In this document: positions 9,707 through 18,916 of the stretch, piece after piece
Layout: each line of letters starts with the position of its first letter
Numbering within the stretch: the stretch's first letter is position 1
Source of the DNA: Candidatus Krumholzibacteriia bacterium
GTDB lineage: Bacteria > Krumholzibacteriota > Krumholzibacteriia > JAJRXK01
Assembly (NCBI GenBank): GCA_041484665.1
Contig: JBGPIA010000001.1
Span: forward strand, 448,001-512,000
Length of the DNA: 64,000 nucleotides
Direction: 5' to 3'
The notes under the pieces: generated by a model
Told to the model about the DNA's origin: nothing
Database searches by the model: none
Seen by the model: only the letters and a program-made list of their open reading frames with translations
Translations under genes and position numbers: made by a program

Positions 9707-11362
9707 TCAGCTCGCCTGCGCCGCTCCCAGCTTCACCTGGCGGCAGTCCGCGATCTCCTCGATCGCGCGCAGCTCGCCCAGTACTGCCGGCGGGACCGGC
9801 TCGTCCACTTGCCAGAGGCTGATGGCGTGCTGCGGCTGGTCGCCGCGCCCCAGGCGCATCTCGCCGATATTGATGCCGCGCTCGCCCAGCAGCGTCCCCA
9901 CCTTGCCCATGACGCCCGGCACGTCGGCGTTGGTCATCACCAGCAGATTGCCGATGGCTTGCACGTCCATCCAATAGCTGTCCACGCGCACGATGCGCGG
10001 GCTGCGCGGCGCCAGTACGCCCCCATCGACCTGGTGCCAGCGTGCGCCGTCGTGCACCCGGGTGCACACCAGCAGCGGGTAGATCGGGTGCGCCGGCCCG
10101 CGGCCCTCGGTGACGGCCAGCCCGCGGTCGTTGGCCTTGAGCCGCGCGTTGACCGCGTTGACCTCCTCGCCGCACGCCTGGCGCAGCAGGCCGGACAGGA
10201 AGGCCTGCGTCAGCGGCGCGACGTCGACGGGCTCATCGCCGGCTGCCTCGACCTCCACGCGGGTGGGGGCTCCGTCGAGCAGCCCTGCCTGGAACCGGCC
10301 CAGACGCTCGGCCAGGTCCATCAGCGGGGCGAGCGCGCGCAGATTGGCCGCTGCGTACGGCAGGTTGACCGCGTGGGAGAGGTCGCCGTCACGCAGGAAG
10401 GCAGTCAGCGCCTCGGCGATCGTGACGCTGACGTTCTCGGTGGCCTCCCGCGTGGAGGCCCCCAGGTGCGGTGTATGGACCACGTTGCGCAGCCCCACCA
10501 GCGGGCTACCGGCGGGCGGCTCCTGGGCGAACACGTCCAGCGCCGCGCCGGCCAGCCGGCCGCCGCGCAGCGCGTCGGCGAGGGCCTGCTCGTCGATCAG
10601 CCCTCCGCGCGCGCAGTTGACCACCAGGGCGGTGGGCTTGAGGCGCGCGAGTCGCGCTGCCGACAGGATCTCGCGCGTGCTCTCCGTCAGCGGCACGTGT
10701 AGCGTCACGACGTCGGCCGTGGCCAGCAGCAGGTCGAGCTCGATCTTCTCCACGCCCAGCGTCCGCGCGCGCTCGTCGGAGAGGTACGGGTCGTAGCAGA
10801 GCACGTGCATGTCGAAGGCGCGGGCGCGCACGGCCACAAGGCTGCCGATCTTGCCCAGGCCGATGATCCCCAGGCGCTTGCCCGCCAGCTCGGTGCCGAC
10901 GAACTCGTGGCGTTTCCACTCCCCGCGCGCCAGCGACGCATGGGCGGCGGCCACGTGCCGAGCCAGCGAGAGCAGCAGCGCGAAGCTGTGCTCGGCGGCG
11001 GCCAGGGCGTTGCCTCCCGGGGTGTTCATCACTGCTATGCCCCGGCGCGTCGCCGCCTCGACGTCCACATTATCCAGGCCCACACCCGCCCGGGCGATCG
11101 CGCGCAGGCAGGGTGCCGCGTCGATCAGCGCGCGGTCGACCTTGGTGCCGCTGCGCACCAGGATGGCATCGGCGATGGCGAGCTGACGCTGCAGCGCGTC
11201 GCCCTCCAGCCGGTCGCCGCGCACGACGCTGAGTCCGGCCTGCGCGAGCAGCGCCAGACCGCGGTCGGCCACCGGCTCGAGCACCAGGACGATGGGCCCC
11301 TCGCCAGCGGGAAGGTCGCCGCCGACCGGACGGTCCGCGGGCTGCGAGCGCGCTGCGCTCAT
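9707..11362 (-). CDS. serA: D-3-phosphoglycerate dehydrogenase (ASB+ACT type)
   Basis: RAGVGLDNVD, GIIGLGKIG, NCARGGLIDE, TPHLGAST, C-terminal ACT domain (NADVPGVMGKVGTLLGERGINIG). Confidence 0.93.
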   Translation of the reverse strand: MSAARSQPADRPVGGDLPAGEGPIVLVLEPVADRGLALLAQAGLSVVRGDRLEGDALQRQLAIADAILVRSGTKVDRALIDAAPCLRAIARAGVGLDNVDVEAATRRGIAVMNTPGGNALAAAEHSFALLLSLARHVAAAHASLARGEWKRHEFVGTELAGKRLGIIGLGKIGSLVAVRARAFDMHVLCYDPYLSDERARTLGVEKIELDLLLATADVVTLHVPLTESTREILSAARLARLKPTALVVNCARGGLIDEQALADALRGGRLAGAALDVFAQEPPAGSPLVGLRNVVHTPHLGASTREATENVSVTIAEALTAFLRDGDLSHAVNLPYAAANLRALAPLMDLAERLGRFQAGLLDGAPTRVEVEAAGDEPVDVAPLTQAFLSGLLRQACGEEVNAVNARLKANDRGLAVTEGRGPAHPIYPLLVCTRVHDGARWHQVDGGVLAPRSPRIVRVDSYWMDVQAIGNLLVMTNADVPGVMGKVGTLLGERGINIGEMRLGRGDQPQHAISLWQVDEPVPPAVLGELRAIEEIADCRQVKLGAAQAS

Positions 11363-12459
11363 GAGCGCGGCCCACCCAGGGTGGCAAGCTCCTCGTCGAA
11401 GACCGCGAGCATCTCGCGCAGGAGCGAGGGGGTGATCTCGCCCATGTGGCCCACGCGGAAGACCTCCCCCTTGGTCTTGCCGTACCCACCGCCCACCACG
11501 TAGCCGCGCTTGCGCACGGCCGACAGGACGGCGCCCAGGTCTACGCCATTGCCGCGCAGAGTCGTGAGCGTGACGCTGCGGAAGCCCTCCTGGGCGAAGG
11601 GCGGGAAGCGCCCCTGTGCCCAGGTCAGCACCTGGTCGCGCATGGCGCGGTGACGCGCGTAGCGTGAGGGCAGCCCTTCGGACTCGATGCGGTCCAGGGC
11701 GGCCTCCAGCTGGTAGAGCAGGCTGATGGCCGGTGTGGCGGGGGTCTGCGCCTTGTCGAGGTACTTCTGGTGCTCGACCCAGTCGAAGTAGTAGCCCTTG
11801 CCTGGCGCCTGCGCGCTGCGCCGGAGCGCCGCCGGTGAGACCGCGCACAGCGTCATGCCCGGGGGGAGCCCCCACGCCTTCTGCGTCCCGGCGAAACACA
11901 CGTCCACACCCCATTCATCCAGGCGCAGCTCGACGGCGGCCATGGAGCTGACCGTGTCCACCAGCAGCAGCACGTCGTCCTGCTCCTTCACGGCGAGCGC
12001 GAGCTCGGGCAGCGGATTCATCACGCCCGTGGAGGTCTCGTTGTGCACGAGCGTGACCGCGTGGTAGCGCTTGGCCCGCAGCGCGCGTCGCACCTCGCCC
12101 GGATCGTGCACCTGGCCCCACGGTACTTCCAGCACGTCGCCGTCCAGGGCGCAGGCCTGGCGGATGCTAGCCCACCGCTCGCTGAAGGCCCCGCACACCA
12201 GGTGCAGGAACCGGCCGGGCGCCGCGTTGCGCACCGCCCCCTCCATGGCGCCGGTGGCCGAGCACGCCAGCGGGAATACGCTGACGCTCGTTCCCATCAC
12301 GGGCGCGACGCGCGCGAGCGTGCGGCGCAAGAGCTCACCGATCTCCGGGCCGCGATGGCCGATCATCGGACGCGCTCCCGCGCGCGCCACATCGGGGTGC
12401 ACCTCGGTGGGGCCCGGGATGAACAGGATCGGGTGGTCCGGGGCGGATGGCTTGGACAC
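11359..12459 (-). CDS. Class V PLP aminotransferase (serine-glyoxylate/phosphoserine aminotransferase-like)
   Basis: IPGPT, HRG, SATGAMEG, HNETSTG, DTVSS, GTQKAWGLPPG, FRVGHMG; 4-bp overlap with serA. Confidence 0.9.
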   Translation of the reverse strand: MSKPSAPDHPILFIPGPTEVHPDVARAGARPMIGHRGPEIGELLRRTLARVAPVMGTSVSVFPLACSATGAMEGAVRNAAPGRFLHLVCGAFSERWASIRQACALDGDVLEVPWGQVHDPGEVRRALRAKRYHAVTLVHNETSTGVMNPLPELALAVKEQDDVLLLVDTVSSMAAVELRLDEWGVDVCFAGTQKAWGLPPGMTLCAVSPAALRRSAQAPGKGYYFDWVEHQKYLDKAQTPATPAISLLYQLEAALDRIESEGLPSRYARHRAMRDQVLTWAQGRFPPFAQEGFRSVTLTTLRGNGVDLGAVLSAVRKRGYVVGGGYGKTKGEVFRVGHMGEITPSLLREMLAVFDEELATLGGPRS

Positions 12460-12468
12460 TCTGCCTCG

Positions 12469-13215
12469 CTACTTCTTGCGCAGCGCGGCCAGCGCCGCGG
12501 CGATGCGGGCCTGGGCCTCGTCGCTGAACCACAGGTCCAGCCAGGCCTCCTCGTCCGCCCGCGCCTCATCCATGGCGGCCAGCGTGGGCGCGTGGAGGCG
12601 GCCCTTGATGTCGGAGAACGCGCGCACCGAGGGTGTGAATTTCACGATCAGGTCGCAAGCGGTGGGCCCCAGCTCCGACTCGTCGGGAACGAGGTCGAGC
12701 ACCCCCATGTCGTAGGCCTTGTAGCCGGGGTAGAGGCGCCCTGAATAGAGCACCCGCTCCAGTACGGGGCGCGGGAGCGCGTAGCGCGCCACCTCCACCG
12801 CCCAGCCAGGCACCGAGAGCCCCAGGGCGATCTCGCTGAGGCCCCAGCGGCCTTCGCCACCGCACATCATGCGCACGTCGCAGCACAGCGAGAGCACCGC
12901 GCCCCCGGCGATGGTGTGCCCATTGAGGGCAGCGACCACCGGGCGCGGGAAGCTGAACAGTCCACGGCCCACCGCGTAGAGCGCCTCGAGCAGGTCGCGC
13001 ATACCGGCGCGGTCCAGGGCGAGAGCCACCTGCAGGTCCAGCCCGGCGCAGAAGGTCTTGCCTGCGGAGGTCAGCACCAGGCCGCGCGGCAGCGCCCGCC
13101 GCGCGTCCGCCAGCGTGGTGGCGATCGCCCGCAGAAACTCCGTGGACAACGAGTTGCCCTTCCCGCGGGTCAGGACGAGGGTGAGGATGTCATCGTGGGT
13201 CTGCGTCTGGATCAT
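12469..13215 (-). CDS. Enoyl-CoA hydratase/isomerase (delta-isomerase-like)
   Basis: FCAGLDL, NGHTIAGG, GLSEIALG (catalytic Glu present). Confidence 0.88.
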   Translation of the reverse strand: MIQTQTHDDILTLVLTRGKGNSLSTEFLRAIATTLADARRALPRGLVLTSAGKTFCAGLDLQVALALDRAGMRDLLEALYAVGRGLFSFPRPVVAALNGHTIAGGAVLSLCCDVRMMCGGEGRWGLSEIALGLSVPGWAVEVARYALPRPVLERVLYSGRLYPGYKAYDMGVLDLVPDESELGPTACDLIVKFTPSVRAFSDIKGRLHAPTLAAMDEARADEEAWLDLWFSDEAQARIAAALAALRKK

Positions 13216-14110
13216 GCGGCCCCTCCGGGCCTCGCGGGTTGCAGGGCACTAGTTTCGCGCCGCGGCGGTCCTGGCGCCAGCCCACAGCGTCTGCGCTCAT
13301 CGCCGCATCCCCGGGCGGCAGACCCGGCGGACGCCGGCGCAAGCCCGCCCGCGCCTCGCGCAGCAGCGCCTGGGTCGCCGGGTCGAACCACACGTCCAGC
13401 CAGGCGCGCGCACCGGGCGCCTGCGATCCCTCCGCCGCCAGTGTCTCCAGCCGCTCGATGGCGGCGCCACGCACGCGTACCTTGGCAGCGGCGTAGGCGG
13501 AGCCAGGCCCCGCCCCCAGCTCGCGCGCCTTCTGCCGCGCGCGCTCCGCCAGACAGTCGGCGGGAACCGGCTCCTCCACCAACTCCAACTGGGCCGCCTC
13601 GACGGGATCGAGACGCCGGCCGCGGTAGAGCAGGCGCTCGACGTGACAGGGAGCCAGCGCCGCGCGCAGCACCTCCACCGCGACGTCGGGGTAGGCCACG
13701 CCCAGTCGGATCCCGTGGATCCCGAAGGAGATGGGCGCGTCTGCGATCAGGCGCGCGTCGCAGGCCAACGCCAACAGCGCGCCCCCCGCCAGGGCGTGGC
13801 CCCCGATTTCCGCCACCACAGGACCTGGATACGCGAAGCAGGCCAGTAGGGCGTGATGGAAATCGAGCATCAGCTCTCCCATCTCCGCGCGATCGAGCCG
13901 GGCGGCCTGGTGGAGGTCCAACCCGGTGCAGAACGCTGCCCCGAGGGCCCCAAGCACCACGGGCGGTGCGCCCGCACCACGGGCCTGCGCGAAGGCGCGG
14001 GCCAGGGCCTGCAGGGTCTCGCGGTCCAGCGCGTTGCCGCGCCCGCGGCACAGCGCAAGCGTAACGAGGCCATCCTCGCGCTCGACCCGGAGGCGTTCCT
14101 GGGCAACCAT
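13190..14110 (-). CDS. Enoyl-CoA hydratase/isomerase paralog, catalytic Glu apparently replaced
   Basis: GRGNAL, FCTGLDL, GGHALAGG, FGIHGIRLG in place of xGLxExxLG. Confidence 0.82.
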   Translation of the reverse strand: MVAQERLRVEREDGLVTLALCRGRGNALDRETLQALARAFAQARGAGAPPVVLGALGAAFCTGLDLHQAARLDRAEMGELMLDFHHALLACFAYPGPVVAEIGGHALAGGALLALACDARLIADAPISFGIHGIRLGVAYPDVAVEVLRAALAPCHVERLLYRGRRLDPVEAAQLELVEEPVPADCLAERARQKARELGAGPGSAYAAAKVRVRGAAIERLETLAAEGSQAPGARAWLDVWFDPATQALLREARAGLRRRPPGLPPGDAAMSADAVGWRQDRRGAKLVPCNPRGPEGPHDPDADPR

Positions 14111-14315
14111 GGCCTCGTGAGGGAACCTGCGGCGCGCGCCGACGTCAAGGGCCGCGTCGTGCAACCCAGCGGCCCGCGCGCGCGTCTCATGCAACGTGAC
14201 GGCCGCGCCCCGCACCGCCAGCGCTGGAGGGGGACCGGCGTACTGCCCGCGCCGCCAGCGCGATCCGCGCGACGCGCACCGCAGCGACATCCCCGCGCCA
14301 GCAGGAGGAATCGCC

Positions 14316-15530
14316 ATGTCCAACCGAGCCGGCGCTCGCCGGGGTTCCGCGCGCGCGCACCGCCTGCGCCACGGGCCAGCCGCCGCGCTGCTGCTGCTGG
14401 CCGCGGCCCTGGGCACCACTGCTCGCGCTCTTGCCGCGGATCGCTCCCAGAGCTTCACGTTCCACGGCGAGGAGCTGGTGATCGCCGACCTGATCGGGCG
14501 GGTGGAGGTGACGGGCAACAAGGGAGACGCCTTCGAGGTCGAAGTGCAGGTGCATGGCCGCGACGCCAGCGACGCCCAGCCACGCATCGAGACCACCGAA
14601 GGAAGCCACGCACAGCTCTCGGTGCGCTTTCCGCTCGAGCAAGAGCGCGCCTTCATCTACCCGGAGCTCGGACCGGACTCGCAGTGCAACTTCCGCATCC
14701 GCGACGCCAAGGATCGGGAGGGGGAGCATCGCCGCTGGCTCGATGCGCTCTTGGCGGGCTTCGCCGGCCGCAAGGTCGAGGTCAAGGGTAGCGGCTTTGG
14801 ACTGGAGATGTGGGCCGACGTGCACGTCAAGGTGCCCAGCGGCGCGCGCCTGGAGGTGGATCTGGGCGTTGGGCGGATCGACGCCCGGGGCGTCGGCGCG
14901 AACCTGCGCCTGGCCCTCAAGAGCGGCCCGCTGCGCACTGCGAACGTGGACGGCGACGTGTGGCTGGACACGGGAGCGGGCGACGTCCAGGTGGACGGCG
15001 TGCATGGCCGGCTGGACGTCGACACCGGCTCCGGACAGGTCGACGTCTCCGACGTAGAAGGCGATCTGCACGTGGACACCGGCAGCGGCAATGTGAGCGC
15101 GCGCGGGTGCCGTGGGGAGAAGTTCGCGGTCGACACCGGCAGTGGCGACGTGCAGCTCGATCGCGTGCAGTGCCGCGACTTCGAAGTGGACACCGGCAGT
15201 GGCGGCGTCGAGGCGGGCGCCGTGAGTGCCGAGCGCCTCACGATCGACACCGGCAGCGGCGCCGTCTCGCTGCAGCTGGACGCGCTGCAGCGCGGCGCCT
15301 TCAAGGTGGATACCGGGGCGGGGACCATCACGCTTGACCTGCCCGACCACGCCTCGGCGCGGATCAAGGCGAGCACGGGCAGCGGCGAGGTACGCGTAGA
15401 CGTGAAGGAGGCCCGCACACAGCATCTGGCCCGCGATGAGGTGGAGCTGGTGGTGGGCGGCGGAGAGGCGCAGGTGGTGCTCGACACCTCCAGCGGAGGC
15501 GTGCGAATCCGGCAGCGCGGCCGCGGCTGA
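14316..15530 (+). CDS. Secreted DUF4097 (putative adhesin) beta-repeat protein
   Basis: AGGAGG RBS, signal peptide, about 9 xDTG(S/A)G repeats at roughly 19-21 aa spacing. Confidence 0.85.
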   Translation: MSNRAGARRGSARAHRLRHGPAAALLLLAAALGTTARALAADRSQSFTFHGEELVIADLIGRVEVTGNKGDAFEVEVQVHGRDASDAQPRIETTEGSHAQLSVRFPLEQERAFIYPELGPDSQCNFRIRDAKDREGEHRRWLDALLAGFAGRKVEVKGSGFGLEMWADVHVKVPSGARLEVDLGVGRIDARGVGANLRLALKSGPLRTANVDGDVWLDTGAGDVQVDGVHGRLDVDTGSGQVDVSDVEGDLHVDTGSGNVSARGCRGEKFAVDTGSGDVQLDRVQCRDFEVDTGSGGVEAGAVSAERLTIDTGSGAVSLQLDALQRGAFKVDTGAGTITLDLPDHASARIKASTGSGEVRVDVKEARTQHLARDEVELVVGGGEAQVVLDTSSGGVRIRQRGRG

Positions 15531-15584
15531 CGCCGCGATCGCCGCTCGAACGACCCACGAATGACCGAACGACGAGGAGGAGCC

Positions 15585-16694
15585 ATGCAGGAGACGAGCA
15601 GCACGCGCGGCCAGCGGGTGCCGCCGCGCGCGAGCCGCCCACGGTGCGCGCGGCCAGGCTGCGGCGCGCGATCCAGGCGGACAGTGCGAGCAGCGTGGAC
15701 AGCGCGAGCAGCGCGGACAGCGACCGATCTGACTGCGATCGTCGCGCTGAGCGGGCTGGCGGGGCTCGCGCTGCCGCCGGTTCCCGCGCGCGCCGACTAC
15801 GACCAGCACGTCAGCCTCAAAGGAGAGTCGCTGCTGCTGGTCAATCTGGCCGGCAGTGTTACGATCCTCCCCAACGACGGCCCAGCGTTCGAGGTGGACG
15901 TGGCAGTGCGCGGCAAGGACGGGACGCGCGAGACGGTGCGGATCGAGACCTCCGACGGGCCACAGGCGAAGCTGGTGCTGCGGTATCCCCTCGACAAGGA
16001 AGACCGCTTCGTCTACCCGCCCATGGGGCACGGGTCGACCACCGTCTTCGAGCACTCGCGTGGCGACCATGAGAAGCAGGAGTGGGTGCGCGAGCTGTTC
16101 GGCGGCGAACGCGGCCACCGCGTCCGTGTCACGGGCAGGGGCGCGGGTACGGAGGCGTACGCGGACCTGACCGTGCGGGTGCCGCGGGGGAGCAAGCTCC
16201 AGACGGGGCTGGCCGTCGGTGGCTATCAGGTCGACGGCGTGGAGGCGGATCTGACCCTCTTCAGCATGAGCGGCGACGCCACCTTGCGGCGCGTGCGAGG
16301 CGGCGTGCGCGTGGACACCGGCAGCGGCGACGTGGAGCTGTCCGACGTTACGGGCGACATCTCCGTCGATACCGGCAGCGGCGACGTGGAGATCGCCAAG
16401 GTGAGCGGATCGCTCAGCGTGGACACCGGGAGCGGCGATCTGGAGCTGGCGCTCACGCGCATGGGCGACGGTCGTTACGAGCTGGACACCGGCAGTGGCG
16501 AGATCCTGCTGCGCGTGCCCTCCGACGCGTCGGCCCGCGTGGAAGCGTCCACCGGCAGCGGGAGCATCCACCTCGACGTGAACGATGCCGTGGTGGAGCG
16601 CCTGAAGGAAGACGAGGCGACGTTCCAGCTCGGCGACGGTCGCGCACAGGTGCGGCTGCAGACGGGCAGCGGCTCGATCCGCATCGCGCGCTGA
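15585..16694 (+). CDS. Secreted DUF4097 beta-repeat protein, paralog of the upstream gene
   Basis: GGAGGAG RBS, signal ending PARA-D, VDTGSGD repeats, shared RYPL...FVYP motif. Confidence 0.85.
   Translation: MQETSSTRGQRVPPRASRPRCARPGCGARSRRTVRAAWTARAARTATDLTAIVALSGLAGLALPPVPARADYDQHVSLKGESLLLVNLAGSVTILPNDGPAFEVDVAVRGKDGTRETVRIETSDGPQAKLVLRYPLDKEDRFVYPPMGHGSTTVFEHSRGDHEKQEWVRELFGGERGHRVRVTGRGAGTEAYADLTVRVPRGSKLQTGLAVGGYQVDGVEADLTLFSMSGDATLRRVRGGVRVDTGSGDVELSDVTGDISVDTGSGDVEIAKVSGSLSVDTGSGDLELALTRMGDGRYELDTGSGEILLRVPSDASARVEASTGSGSIHLDVNDAVVERLKEDEATFQLGDGRAQVRLQTGSGSIRIAR
15679..15723 (+). repeat. Imperfect 9-bp tandem repeat x5 (GGACAGYGC / GAGCAGCGY)
   Basis: ggacagtgc gagcagcgt ggacagcgc gagcagcgc ggacagcga, within the N-terminal coding region. 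Confidence 0.6.
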
Positions 16695-16723
16695 GGGGTT
16701 GGACGGCGGAGCGGACGCGTTGG

Positions 16724-17725
16724 CTAGCGGCCCAGTTTGAGCAGGATCAGCCACTGGCGGCTGTCCGCCGCCTTGGCGTAGGCCTCGACCGCATCGTCGA
16801 ACGTGAAGACGCGGGTGACCACCTCGGTGGGATCGAGCAGCTTGGCGGCGAGGATGCCCATCACGGCCTCGAGCGGTCCCTCCCGCAGCCCGAGCACCCG
16901 CACGTTCTTGTCCTGGATGTAGCTCAATGCGCGTGGCTGGGCGTCATTGCCGCTACTGAGCATGAACAGCACGCCGCCGCGCGAGACCAGCCGCGCGGCG
17001 GCCAGCCAGCCCGAGGGCTGTCCGCTGGCCTCCACCACGTAGGGATAGCTGGCGAGCGCCGGCCCGAAGCGCCCCGGGCGCAGCCCCATGACCTCCGCCT
17101 CGTCGCCGGCCAGATTGAAGTGGATTCCGTGGCGGCGCAGCAGGTCGAAACAATGCCCGTGCTTGCCGCGCACGGTGACGGTGTAGCCGGCGCCGGACAT
17201 GGCGAGCGCCGCCAGCAGCCCGATGGCGCCGTCGCCGATCACCAGCACGTTGGTCCAGGTGGGCATGGCGCCGCGGGCGATCGCGCTGTAGACGCCGGCG
17301 ACCAACGGCGCGATCGCCGCGGCTTCCTCGCTCACCTCGGGGGGCACCAGACAGACGGCTCGCACGGGCAGCGTCACCAGCTCCGCGTGGCCGCCGTGCG
17401 CCAGGCGGTAGCCGGGGCGCACGCGGTCGCGGCAGCGCCACTCGGTGCCGGCCCGGCAGGTATCGCACGCGCCGCAGCCGTAGAGCCCGCGCCCCACAAC
17501 GCGCCGACCCACCAGCTTGCGCGCCGCGGTGCCGCGGGCGTCCTCCACAATCCCGGTGAAACAGCTGCCCGGGATGCCCCGGAACGGCACCAGGCGCTGG
17601 GCGACCTCCACATCGAGGGAGGTCACGACGCTCATGCGCACGCGCACGCGCAGCTCCCCCTCGCGCAGCTCGGGATCCGGGACGGTCGCGAGCGTGAGCC
17701 CTTCGTCGACCTGCAGCGCCCTCAC
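16724..17725 (-). CDS. MDR zinc-binding dehydrogenase-like protein, catalytic Zn ligands degenerate
   Basis: GTG start overlaps the upstream stop; CGACDTC-x7-C structural Zn site; IGDGAIG; GHE motif appears as GSC. Confidence 0.82.
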   Translation of the reverse strand: MRALQVDEGLTLATVPDPELREGELRVRVRMSVVTSLDVEVAQRLVPFRGIPGSCFTGIVEDARGTAARKLVGRRVVGRGLYGCGACDTCRAGTEWRCRDRVRPGYRLAHGGHAELVTLPVRAVCLVPPEVSEEAAAIAPLVAGVYSAIARGAMPTWTNVLVIGDGAIGLLAALAMSGAGYTVTVRGKHGHCFDLLRRHGIHFNLAGDEAEVMGLRPGRFGPALASYPYVVEASGQPSGWLAAARLVSRGGVLFMLSSGNDAQPRALSYIQDKNVRVLGLREGPLEAVMGILAAKLLDPTEVVTRVFTFDDAVEAYAKAADSRQWLILLKLGR

Positions 17726-18759
17726 TTGCCCAGCCTCGCGGTGTTCCCGGCGTCGCTGCGCAGGATGACTTTCAGCGCCCCGCGCTGCCCCGCCTTCTCG
17801 AACGCGGCAACGCCTTCCTGCAATGGCAGCGTGGCGTGCACCAACGGCAGGATGTCGATGCGCTTGCGCGCCAGGTAGTCCAGCCCTCCCTCCAGGGACC
17901 CGCCGCTGACCCCGATCACCTCGATCTCCCGGTCCACCAGCAGCCGCAGGTCGAATCCATCCTGCGGCCCGTAACGGCTGAGCACGACGAGCCGCCCGCG
18001 CGGCCGCAGCGCGGTGGCGGCGAGCTCGAAGCCCGAAGGCCGCCCCGAGCACTCGAAGACCGTACCGTAGGATTCGGGGGCGAACGGGCCGTCGGTCATG
18101 TTCCGGCCGAGCGCCGCATCCTCGTGGACCCCGGTAAAGCTGATCCCGTTGCGCCAGAGCAGATCCCGGCGGGACGGGTGACGGCCCAGGACGCTCACCG
18201 TGTGGCCTTCGGCGTGCAGCACCAGCGTCACGAGCAGCCCGAGGTTGCCATCGCCCACCACCAGCACCCGCTGCGGCGGTATCCCATCGATCCACGCCAC
18301 CGCGGCGAGAGCGGCCGAGAGCGGGTGAGCGAACACCGCCTCGTCATCGTCGACGGTTGGTGGGACGTCCACCAGGCAACGCTCCGGCAGAGCGATCCAC
18401 TCGGCAAAGGCCCCATCCAGCGAACCGGTGCCGATGGGCCTGGGCAGCTCACTCTCGCAGAGGCCCGGGTGCCGGGTCCGGCACGCGCCGCAGCGACCGC
18501 AGCCGCGATGGGATTGTGCGATCACCCGGCGCCCCACCCAGCGCTCCGGCGCGGGGGGGGCCACTTCCGTCACCTCGCCGACGAACTGGTGGCCCAGCAC
18601 GGTGGGCCGGACTTCGGGCAGACGCACCCCCCGTACGATATCCAGGTCCGGCCGGGAGATGGCGCAGGCCCGGATGCGGATGAGCGCGTCGCCGTCCTGG
18701 GGCTGGCCGCGCGGGAGCATGCCGAGGCGCAGCGCGCCGTCGTAGATCAGCGCGCGCAT
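17722..18759 (-). CDS. MDR zinc-binding dehydrogenase-like protein
   Basis: MRALIYDG, CAISRPD, LGHQFVG, CGRCGAC-x7-C, VGDGNLG, GALKVIL. Confidence 0.85.
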   Translation of the reverse strand: MRALIYDGALRLGMLPRGQPQDGDALIRIRACAISRPDLDIVRGVRLPEVRPTVLGHQFVGEVTEVAPPAPERWVGRRVIAQSHRGCGRCGACRTRHPGLCESELPRPIGTGSLDGAFAEWIALPERCLVDVPPTVDDDEAVFAHPLSAALAAVAWIDGIPPQRVLVVGDGNLGLLVTLVLHAEGHTVSVLGRHPSRRDLLWRNGISFTGVHEDAALGRNMTDGPFAPESYGTVFECSGRPSGFELAATALRPRGRLVVLSRYGPQDGFDLRLLVDREIEVIGVSGGSLEGGLDYLARKRIDILPLVHATLPLQEGVAAFEKAGQRGALKVILRSDAGNTARLGK

Positions 18760-18916
18760 GTTGCGGGGACGCTGGCCCTGGGCCACCTGCCGCATGAGCA
18801 CGAGGTCCCTCTGGGGGGCGGGCGGAGCCGGTGCTGCGGGCACCTTCCGGGCTCCCGGGGGAGCCACACCGTCGACGGAGCGGTCGTCTCGCAAGGCAAT
18901 CCCCGTGCCGCGGCAG

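Noticed and set aside
14950..16690. Regularly spaced GACACCGGCAGCGGC repeats resembling a CRISPR array
   Set aside because: They are in-frame codons for DTGSG protein repeats with synonymous variation, and no cas genes are present
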